A stretch of DNA of 64,000 nucleotides from a virus. Position numbers and translations under genes: made by a program. How positions within the stretch are numbered: position 1 is the first letter of the stretch; every line of letters starts with the position of its first letter. The notes under the pieces are model-generated. The model saw only the letters and a program-made list of their open reading frames with translations, ran no database searches and was not told where the DNA came from. Shown here piece after piece: positions 56,515 to 64,000 of the stretch. The stretch is taken from IMG/VR virus record IMGVR_UViG_3300030451_005783, one strand, 5' to 3'.

Positions 56515-57191
56515 ATTTATCCGTAATAATTATAGCATCTATGCCCACTAAAGGCATGAAGTCTATGGGTAATATAAGTCTATTACCAATTACAAAAAAA
56601 CAATCAATTATAGAAAAACACATTAATAATATACACGCCGCTTTTCCTACTGCAGAAATAGTGGTTGTTGGTGGTTTTGAAAATAAAAAAATGCAAAAAC
56701 TTTTACAAAAAAACGAAAATGTAAAGTATATATCCCACGATATAGAGAATTACTCCAATGAAACACAAAGTTTATACTACGGACTAAAACAATGCAAAAA
56801 CACAAAGTGCATAATATTTAACGCTAATTGTATTGCCACTAAAAATTTTTGGTCTAAAATAAAATATAGGGCTAAAAAGTCTATAGCTGTAATTAATTCA
56901 AACAAAAGATTTAATTCAACAATAGGCTCTACATTGAAAGGCAAAGAAATTAATTATATATTCTTCGGACTGCCTCATAAAATAGCTAACGTATATTTAT
57001 TGCAACAGCCTCACATAGAATATTTTTTAGAAAATTATCAAGAGTCTTGGGGATCTAAATATTTGTTTGAAACGATTAATATATTATCTAAATACCAGCC
57101 ATTTTTTTATGAAGAAATAAACAACAATATCGTGATAATTAACAGCATGAAAGATTATCAACAAATCACCAAAAAGGAAGCTTATGTATAA
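56511..57191 (+). CDS. Nucleotidyltransferase-like protein (NTP_transf/LicC fold), degenerate
   Basis: SVIIIAS...LLPI...IIEKHI...EIVVVGG; GxGxR and PK motifs altered. Confidence 0.5.
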   Translation: MNLSVIIIASMPTKGMKSMGNISLLPITKKQSIIEKHINNIHAAFPTAEIVVVGGFENKKMQKLLQKNENVKYISHDIENYSNETQSLYYGLKQCKNTKCIIFNANCIATKNFWSKIKYRAKKSIAVINSNKRFNSTIGSTLKGKEINYIFFGLPHKIANVYLLQQPHIEYFLENYQESWGSKYLFETINILSKYQPFFYEEINNNIVIINSMKDYQQITKKEAYV

Positions 57192-57591
57192 TTTATCTTT
57201 ATATTCCGCAGTGTTGCATCAACAAACAAGCATACTAGCTCTTTATTCAGCATTAATAGATAATAATTTAGTTTTAGAACCTAGAATATTCTTTGACAAA
57301 AGAATTATAGAAATTAAAAATAGTATACCTCTCTTGCATGCTTGGCATCTGTGTGGAGCGCAAGAATTGGTTTTAACAGATAATACCGTATATGATATTG
57401 CCAAAATTTTTCCTTCTAACAAATTTATATGCGTAGATATTCCGTGTAGACATAGTGCAGAAAATGTGGATCATTACAGTATAGAGCCTTTTGCTAAATC
57501 TAAAGACGCTCAAATAACCATTAATCTAATATTAGATATTTTAAACAAAAAGGACTATGAAGAATATGCCAAAGTACAACAAACTGTCTGA
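57184..57591 (+). CDS. Hypothetical protein
   Basis: 135 aa ORF in a coupled cluster. Confidence 0.55.
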   Translation: MYNLSLYSAVLHQQTSILALYSALIDNNLVLEPRIFFDKRIIEIKNSIPLLHAWHLCGAQELVLTDNTVYDIAKIFPSNKFICVDIPCRHSAENVDHYSIEPFAKSKDAQITINLILDILNKKDYEEYAKVQQTV

Positions 57592-58351
57592 AGCAGAACA
57601 AAAAAAGATAATTCAAAAAATGTACACTAAAGAAAAATTAAGCTTTGCTGCAATAGCTAAAAAGTTGGACACTTATGCCAACAAGATTAGAAGAGATGCT
57701 GGCAAGTTCAAGATACCTATTAGAGACAAAAGCCAAGCACAAAGCAATGCTTTAAAAAAGGGTGTACATAAACATCCAACAAAAGGCAAGCAAAGAACAG
57801 AAGAAGAAAAAAGTAAGATAGGATTAGGTATCCATCAATCATGGCAGAATCTTACAGAAGCAGAATTAAAAGACAGAAAAGTAAAAGCTAAAGAATCATG
57901 GGATAAATTGTCTGATAATAAAAAAGCAAATATATTAAACTCTGCTCTTGCTGCCGTAAGAGAAAGTAGTAAGACAGGATCTAAGTTAGAAAAATTTTTA
58001 CTACAATGTTTGATTGATAACGGCTATAAAGTAGAATTTCATAAGGAACAAGTACTAGCCAATACTAAACTACAAATTGACATTTATCTTCCAGAGCTTA
58101 CTACAGCAATAGAGGTAGATGGCCCTTCTCACTTTGAGCCAGTGTGGGGACAAGATACTCTTGCCAGAAATCAACAATACGACAAGAAAAAAACGGGGTT
58201 GATTATAGGCAAAGGAATGCGGCTCATTAGGATTCAACAGCAAAAAGATTTTACTCCCACAAGAGCAAAATTAATTTTTAATAACTTACAAGTTGTATTA
58301 GATAATTTAAAGAAGACCAAGGATAAAACTTTTACTATAAAGGATGAATAA
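57566..58351 (+). CDS. HTH/NUMOD3-like DNA-binding region plus DUF559/Vsr-like endonuclease
   Basis: KGKQRTEEEKSKI; IDIYLP...IEVDGPSH; AAGGA favours ATG 57566. Confidence 0.65.
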   Translation: MPKYNKLSEAEQKKIIQKMYTKEKLSFAAIAKKLDTYANKIRRDAGKFKIPIRDKSQAQSNALKKGVHKHPTKGKQRTEEEKSKIGLGIHQSWQNLTEAELKDRKVKAKESWDKLSDNKKANILNSALAAVRESSKTGSKLEKFLLQCLIDNGYKVEFHKEQVLANTKLQIDIYLPELTTAIEVDGPSHFEPVWGQDTLARNQQYDKKKTGLIIGKGMRLIRIQQQKDFTPTRAKLIFNNLQVVLDNLKKTKDKTFTIKDE

Positions 58352-59046
58352 TGCCAAGAGCTAAAAAACAAGTTGCAGAAGAACAAGTTACTATTAATGA
58401 TTTAGGTTGGACAGAATATGTTCTAGAATTATTGTCAGATGATGAAAAAATCAAAGGCAACCCAACCACAGATGGTTTGCGTAGAATTTTTGAAATTGCT
58501 CTCAACTGCACAGTTATTAACTCAGAATCAACAGTAGAGCAAACTCCAGATCTAAATAATGGCAATAGAGGCACTGTGGTCCATTCTCTGACCTATGTTT
58601 TAAAAGATAAGGATGTTCCAGCAGAAATTAAAACCAGGACCGTAAACGGGGCCGCAGACGTATATTGGGGAAATTGTGACAAAATTTTTAGAAATCACCC
58701 CATAGCCGTTGCTGAAACTAGAGCAGAAGGTAGGGCTTTGCGTAGAGGTCTAAGGCTGCGTAAGGTAGTTGCCGCAGAAGAATTAGCTAGTGAAATAGAA
58801 GACGATATTGACGGTACAACTGTTGGTAAAATTAGTGATAATCAGATTAATTTTGTAGATGTGCTATGTAAACGCTTAGATATTAATGCCTTAACACTAG
58901 CAGAGCATATGGAATTGAATAATGCGAATATGAGAGACTTGACTCATAAAGAGGGTGTATCTATTATAAGACAGCTATCAGGATATCAACAAGACACTGA
59001 TAGTGTTCCTGAATTTATTAAAGGTTACACAGAGGAGTGGCGATGA
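58351..59046 (+). CDS. Possible Rad52/Sak-like single-strand annealing protein
   Basis: AVAETRAEGRALRRGL; C-terminal ISDNQINF; family call moderate. Confidence 0.45.
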   Translation: MPRAKKQVAEEQVTINDLGWTEYVLELLSDDEKIKGNPTTDGLRRIFEIALNCTVINSESTVEQTPDLNNGNRGTVVHSLTYVLKDKDVPAEIKTRTVNGAADVYWGNCDKIFRNHPIAVAETRAEGRALRRGLRLRKVVAAEELASEIEDDIDGTTVGKISDNQINFVDVLCKRLDINALTLAEHMELNNANMRDLTHKEGVSIIRQLSGYQQDTDSVPEFIKGYTEEWR

Positions 59047-59375
59047 AAGCAAAATATAAGGTAGGCGACAAACTTGAATTTGAATTAGACGGAGCTGGCC
59101 AAAAAGAACTTTTTAAAGAAATAGCAAATATCCAAGAAATTTTTGGAGAAGCTAAGTGTGGCGTATGTGGGTCTGAAAACATTAGGTTTGTAGTTAGAGT
59201 TGTAGACGACAACGAATATTACGAACTACGCTGTATGGACTGTGGAGCCGTTCTTGGCTTCGGACAACACAAAAAGGGTGGCACACTATTCCCTAAGCGT
59301 AAAGATGCTGACGGTAACTGGCTAGAAAATAGAGGATGGTACAAGTACAAGCCTCCTACTAAGACTAAGAAATAA
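59043..59375 (+). CDS. Zinc-ribbon hypothetical protein
   Basis: GAGGAG then ATG 59043; CGVCG...CMDCG. Confidence 0.65.
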   Translation: MKAKYKVGDKLEFELDGAGQKELFKEIANIQEIFGEAKCGVCGSENIRFVVRVVDDNEYYELRCMDCGAVLGFGQHKKGGTLFPKRKDADGNWLENRGWYKYKPPTKTKK

Positions 59376-59817
59376 AAGTTTTTCTTGCGTCAGATATAGC
59401 CTTCTTAACTATAGTAAGCATTTGTCTGTAGGTAAAATTTAAATCATTATCTACAGCAAATGTTTGCATCATAACTATTAGTTTATGTTTATTAGTATGA
59501 CACCACTCATGTCCTCTAGCGTCTAGCTGGTCAAAGTTTTTTTGCATAGATGAGCAATCTACATCTGGATAATATTTATTTATCATATTTTTTAATTGAT
59601 ATCCCACAGCGCCTTTAGGGGTATTAATAGACATTAATCTAAGATCACTATCAAAAACTTCTCTTACTTCTTCTTTGTGTTCTATTATTTGATTGTACAT
59701 ACTATCTGATATTAACTCACGACGACTAAATTCAATATCGTCATCAGTAAAAGTTACTTTACAACCTATAGCCTGTAGTATTAAAACTAATATTTTTGCT
59801 TTTCTTTCTTTAGTCAT
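59365..59817 (-). CDS. Hypothetical protein
   Basis: 150 aa, coupled to the large upstream minus-strand gene. Confidence 0.6.
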   Translation of the reverse strand: MTKERKAKILVLILQAIGCKVTFTDDDIEFSRRELISDSMYNQIIEHKEEVREVFDSDLRLMSINTPKGAVGYQLKNMINKYYPDVDCSSMQKNFDQLDARGHEWCHTNKHKLIVMMQTFAVDNDLNFTYRQMLTIVKKAISDARKTFIS

Positions 59818-62800
59818 TATGGATATACTTTCTTTGGTCCCATGAGACAGTTTGAATTCATCGCATTACAATTACTACCATCCTCACCCTCAGCTAAAAA
59901 GCTCAAATAACAATCTCCTACTAGATATATAAAGCCGTCAAATCCAGCACTAGTCATACCTACACTAATTTTATTTCCTTGCTCATTACACGGCATTTCT
60001 GTCCAAGGCCCCCATTCTTCGTGAGCAGTAAATCCTATAGGCACATTTAAACAACTCTCCAATCCTCCATTCGGACCATTAGGGTTGTATTTATTGCAAT
60101 CACTACCCACATAATATGTTCCATTGCTTAATGGGTCTGGTAAATCATCTACAGAATTGTATACTGTAGCAGACCCTAAAAGACCAAGATTCTCCGATGT
60201 AACTGTGTAGCACTTTGTGGCGTCTCCAGGACCAAGGCAATCGTTTTGACCAAAGCTAGTCACACCCGCTGGTGCAGACGAAGCTTCATGACACACTACA
60301 TCTCCAACACTTAAAAATGCTCCATTGAGAGCACCTGCTCTTAAAAAGAATCTTACAAATATAGAATGTTTACCATCATCTTTTTTACTAGCATAAAATT
60401 GTACTTCTCCATTAAAATTACCATCCCAAAAACCATCTCCATTACCATATTGCGGCGTAACGTCGTAGCTTGTGCCATTTACTGTACCTTTCCAATTATA
60501 TCCATCTTTTCCATCTGCTGTAACATAATAAGCACGACCGTCGTAATCTCCGTTGTTTTCAGTATCATTAAATATCGGAAAGCCGTCATTAAAAAATCCA
60601 TAATACCAAACAGGACAATAGGTATCAGCGGGTAAATAACAACAATCTATTAGTTCTAAATTTACTCCGTTTAATACTCTTTCATTATCTATTGTATAAG
60701 CGCCTCCATTTTGTATGCCTTGAGCTAAAGCTGGTACCTTTCCAAAATCTGCCAGATAAGGAACTTGAAGTATACTGCCAGCCCCATCAGTAATGCCATC
60801 TCCAAAGTCAGGAGCACCCGGAGCTAAATTCTGACCTCTATAAGCAATAGAGGTCCCAGCATCACCAACAGTATATGTAGCACAATTATCTGACCTGCTA
60901 TCAAACTGAGGTCTATATAACGTTACTCTGAAGCCAAATGAGGCTGTTGTATCATGTCCATATTTTTTAGCTGTTTGAAGCTTTAACGCGTCATATATAT
61001 GACCATAAGCATATCCTGGAGCCATACTGCCTCCAGTATTAGTATGAGTCCATTGTTCTGCAAAACCAAAGCTATCATAATCTCCATCAGGGCAAGCACA
61101 ACCAGGGTTTTGATCACAACATCTGCGACCAGCCCAAATGCTTAAATAATCCTCCCAAGGATCAGCAAGTAGATATCTATCAAAAGATTTAGGTCCAGGA
61201 AAACTCTTCACGCACTCTCCATCATTTAAAACTTTTTCAGGAGCGTTATAGCAATAATAGTTTGAGCCAGGGCCGTCGAGACTTGAAGCACCACAATCGT
61301 TATAAGGACCGCCCACAGCAAAACTACCTATATTATGATTAACATGATATTGTTTTTTCTCTTTTAGTATATATCCATCAAGCTGACTATCATCAAAAAA
61401 TGAACTAACAGCCCCTATTAATGACAATTCTGAAACTGTATCAAAGTCTTTAGTGCTTTGTTGATGATGCAAAACCAACTTATTTGTAATTATCGTACCA
61501 CTGACATCAATCTGTGGAGGTCGTAGATTGCCAGCGGTACCTATATAGTCAACAACACCATTAATATATTTTGGTGTCCATAAATCAGGAAAAGAATTTT
61601 TATTTGTGTCTGTATTATTGCCACTAGTAAGTGGAGTATGATCCATACCTACATTAATGTGAAGATTGTTTAAAGTGGTGGTTGCTGTTATATATCCTAA
61701 ACTTAAAGGAACGGTTTCTGTATGACAAACCTTAGCCTCTTCAGCCTCTTCTGCTGTAAGCGCCCTATATCCATATGAGTATAGGACATCGTCCACTCCT
61801 TGAATAAAACCATATTGTGATTGACTTAATATCTCTGCATTAATAAAAGGACCTGGGTATGTTTTACTACATGAACCTGAGGTATGATCTAGAGCATTAA
61901 CAGGTGGTTTAAGAAGTTGATGTTCAATAATACCAACCTCACCCGCTAAAGTAACAAGGAAATTTACAAAACCATCAGAAGTATAAACATAAAACGGATC
62001 ATTACTAGTTGGGGCATCTCTGGCTGATGCATCAGGATGCGGAGAAGCAAAACCGCTAAAGTCTTCGTGATATCCACCAACAGTTTTTGGCATCCTTGTC
62101 ATATGTGTGCGTTGAATTAAATCCGACACAGGGTTAACAGGACCAGAATATGAAACTGCAGGGAATCTTCCCTTATCATTATCAGGACCAGGTCTACTAC
62201 GTTCTTGAAAAGTTATAACAGGATTACCCTCATCATCAGTAGATGTTACAAATGCTCCACCCGAACCACCGCCTCTTACATGAGGGGCATCATCCGAATT
62301 CGCATTAATTGCATCATCTTCGCTATCTTGAGGTTCTAGAAATCTAGAATTAATGGTACCATTCCACGCAGGCACCAAAGCAGTATCAATTAAAGTAAAT
62401 CCATTGTAAAGATTATTTCCTTCATAATCTAAAATATCTTCAGCAAGACACGGACCATCGGATGCCTTGCCTGATGGCCCGTTATTAGTATTAAAAGATT
62501 GACAAGCCCCACACGGATCAAAAAAGTTATAACCTGCACCAAAACAATCAAAGCCATTTGGGGCACCGGGACAATCAATAGTGTTAAAATCATTATATGG
62601 ATACAATCCTAAACAATCTCTATCGCTAACACTAGGAGCATATTCGTTGGTGGCCTGATCTTGTACCATATGGCAAGTTTGCGCTCTTTTAGTCTCAACA
62701 GCACTAAGAGACACTGGCCTATAGAGTGGATTCCAACCACTAGTTGTCCATCCTGTTCTGCCATAACTTTGACTTGGCCACAAAGTATTAATTTTATATC

Positions 62801-63998
62801 TAGGATAGATAACACGATTGCCACCTAAACCTATCCACGATTCATAATATTCAAACGCAATAAAAAGTGTTATTACACCCTGAGGAGTATTAATACCATA
62901 AGCATAAAGCACAGCCTTATTACACCTTAAAGGATATTTGATATCTAGGTTATTATCCTCATTAAGCATATTGGCGTTAAAGAATTTATAATTAAAATAT
63001 TTTCTATCATTAAATATAGCACTTTCTGGATATAGCAAGCGTTGATCTACAAGATGTATATTCATCTTAATGTACGGTCCACAATTATCGGCACCGTTGG
63101 TATGAACACTTTCTACTATAGCTCCCGCTGGCATATATGGCCCCTGTATTCTCATCAGGGGTTGTATATCACTAATGCTTGTACCCGGTGCGAAAGAATT
63201 TGGCAAGAATGTTATATGGCTACTGTCTAAAGCAAAGCTCGGACCTTCGGCATCACAACTCGGATACAAGTCTTCCAGCTGTCCTACACAATTTGTAAAA
63301 GCAGCAGGAGGAACACCATCTTCTCCTGGATAATATCCGGGACATCTAAAAGTCGCTGAGGTGCCACCGAAAAATGACATACCTCCTAAGGCAGTAATCT
63401 TACCAGGAATTACAACAGCAGAACCCATAAACCAATCAACAGCACCAAACTCAGGATCATTACGACCGATCTCGTCTACATCTATAATTTTAAAAGCACC
63501 CTTAGCTTTTTGTGTAGCATTTAAATTAGTTTTTAAATAAGCATGACCAGCACTATGATCCCATTCTCTATTTTCTACTATAAGACTAGTGATGTATCCA
63601 TCATATGTTGTCAACCCAGCTCTAGCTCTACTTCCTACGGTTACGCTACCATCACTTGGAACATTGGGAGAACTACTGATAAAAATAGGATCAAGATCAC
63701 CATCTAAAAACATTCTTATAGGACCAGTAACACCATGACTAAAAGCAGAAACCATAGTCTTACTATATTCCATTTGCAAAGCGCCATAGTCACTTTGAAA
63801 TGTTGTGCCAACGGTATAAAAATTACTTCTAATATCTACTAGACTAATATTTCTGTAAGAAGCACCAGAAGATTCACACAATTTAGTATTGTATTCGTCG
63901 GTTATATGCACTCCTGTTAAACTACTACAATGTATATTTTGTAAACCAGCGTACTCTCCAGTTATATAAATATCAACACGTTCTGCAGGCCATCTTGT
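59817..63998 (-). CDS. Very large Cys/Gly/Asp-rich hypothetical protein, 5' end outside the window
   Basis: Track ORF 1364 aa from GTG 63911; I read no in-frame stop between 63912 and 63998, so the gene is >1390 aa. Confidence 0.8.
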   Translation of the reverse strand, partial: TRWPAERVDIYITGEYAGLQNIHCSSLTGVHITDEYNTKLCESSGASYRNISLVDIRSNFYTVGTTFQSDYGALQMEYSKTMVSAFSHGVTGPIRMFLDGDLDPIFISSSPNVPSDGSVTVGSRARAGLTTYDGYITSLIVENREWDHSAGHAYLKTNLNATQKAKGAFKIIDVDEIGRNDPEFGAVDWFMGSAVVIPGKITALGGMSFFGGTSATFRCPGYYPGEDGVPPAAFTNCVGQLEDLYPSCDAEGPSFALDSSHITFLPNSFAPGTSISDIQPLMRIQGPYMPAGAIVESVHTNGADNCGPYIKMNIHLVDQRLLYPESAIFNDRKYFNYKFFNANMLNEDNNLDIKYPLRCNKAVLYAYGINTPQGVITLFIAFEYYESWIGLGGNRVIYPRYKINTLWPSQSYGRTGWTTSGWNPLYRPVSLSAVETKRAQTCHMVQDQATNEYAPSVSDRDCLGLYPYNDFNTIDCPGAPNGFDCFGAGYNFFDPCGACQSFNTNNGPSGKASDGPCLAEDILDYEGNNLYNGFTLIDTALVPAWNGTINSRFLEPQDSEDDAINANSDDAPHVRGGGSGGAFVTSTDDEGNPVITFQERSRPGPDNDKGRFPAVSYSGPVNPVSDLIQRTHMTRMPKTVGGYHEDFSGFASPHPDASARDAPTSNDPFYVYTSDGFVNFLVTLAGEVGIIEHQLLKPPVNALDHTSGSCSKTYPGPFINAEILSQSQYGFIQGVDDVLYSYGYRALTAEEAEEAKVCHTETVPLSLGYITATTTLNNLHINVGMDHTPLTSGNNTDTNKNSFPDLWTPKYINGVVDYIGTAGNLRPPQIDVSGTIITNKLVLHHQQSTKDFDTVSELSLIGAVSSFFDDSQLDGYILKEKKQYHVNHNIGSFAVGGPYNDCGASSLDGPGSNYYCYNAPEKVLNDGECVKSFPGPKSFDRYLLADPWEDYLSIWAGRRCCDQNPGCACPDGDYDSFGFAEQWTHTNTGGSMAPGYAYGHIYDALKLQTAKKYGHDTTASFGFRVTLYRPQFDSRSDNCATYTVGDAGTSIAYRGQNLAPGAPDFGDGITDGAGSILQVPYLADFGKVPALAQGIQNGGAYTIDNERVLNGVNLELIDCCYLPADTYCPVWYYGFFNDGFPIFNDTENNGDYDGRAYYVTADGKDGYNWKGTVNGTSYDVTPQYGNGDGFWDGNFNGEVQFYASKKDDGKHSIFVRFFLRAGALNGAFLSVGDVVCHEASSAPAGVTSFGQNDCLGPGDATKCYTVTSENLGLLGSATVYNSVDDLPDPLSNGTYYVGSDCNKYNPNGPNGGLESCLNVPIGFTAHEEWGPWTEMPCNEQGNKISVGMTSAGFDGFIYLVGDCYLSFLAEGEDGSNCNAMNSNCLMGPKKVYP

Positions 63999-64000
63999 GC

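Noticed and set aside
495-59212. Short antisense or alternate-frame ORFs in the track (e.g. 9841..10320, 12000..12374, 44005..44400)
   Set aside because: Nested within or opposite well-supported genes, with no recognisable motifs; typical shadow ORFs
1-64000. Stop-codon reassignment (code 15 or 4)
   Set aside because: Conserved enzymes are full length under code 11, and TAG/TGA fall at natural ends (e.g. RNR after CAGGACLI, dnaE-C), often overlapping the next start
1-64000. tRNA, CRISPR array, DGR/retron, integrase or transposase
   Set aside because: Intergenic gaps are mostly under 110 nt, with no cloverleaf or spaced repeats seen; no RT, Cas1, recombinase or DDE motifs recognised (visual inspection only)

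Overview
The window is AT-rich and very densely coded. It reads as part of a large dsDNA bacteriophage genome (inferred from gene content and packing; the host cannot be determined from sequence). About 80 genes run on the + strand from 1 to 59375, mostly coupled by short overlaps, and two genes converge on the - strand at the right end. Modules: (i) 1-14.3 kb holds putative virion and membrane genes, a PAP2 phosphatase, a sigma-70-like factor, ClpP, a catalytically degenerate DeoC-like protein, a mosaic fibre protein, a TM/ComEA fusion and a papain-like protease. (ii) 14.3-36.6 kb is a ~22 kb glycan island with a nonulosonate (sialic-acid-like) pathway (NeuB x2, SpsF-like cytidylyltransferase, DegT aminotransferase, formyltransferase, WecB), a GT29 sialylmotif protein, a GnT-I-like GT, a GDP-mannose 3,5-epimerase, a fucosyltransferase-like GT and two sulfotransferases. 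(iii) 36.7-40.1 kb covers nucleotide metabolism (dCMP deaminase, class II RNR, PhoH). (iv) 40.2-52.9 kb covers replication and recombination (RecA, DnaB, DnaG, dNMP kinase, PD-(D/E)XK nuclease, SSB), including a DnaE split into two intein-free genes with a DEDDh exonuclease gene between them. (v) 53-57.6 kb is a second GT-B cluster downstream of a consensus sigma70 promoter. (vi) A >1390 aa Cys/Gly-rich protein runs off the right edge. No tRNA, rRNA, CRISPR array, integrase or transposase was seen by eye. Best candidates for novel biology: the eukaryote-like phage glycosylation toolkit, the intein-free split DnaE with an interposed proofreader, and recurring enzyme/pseudoenzyme pairs. All family calls are by-eye motif recognition, not database searches.
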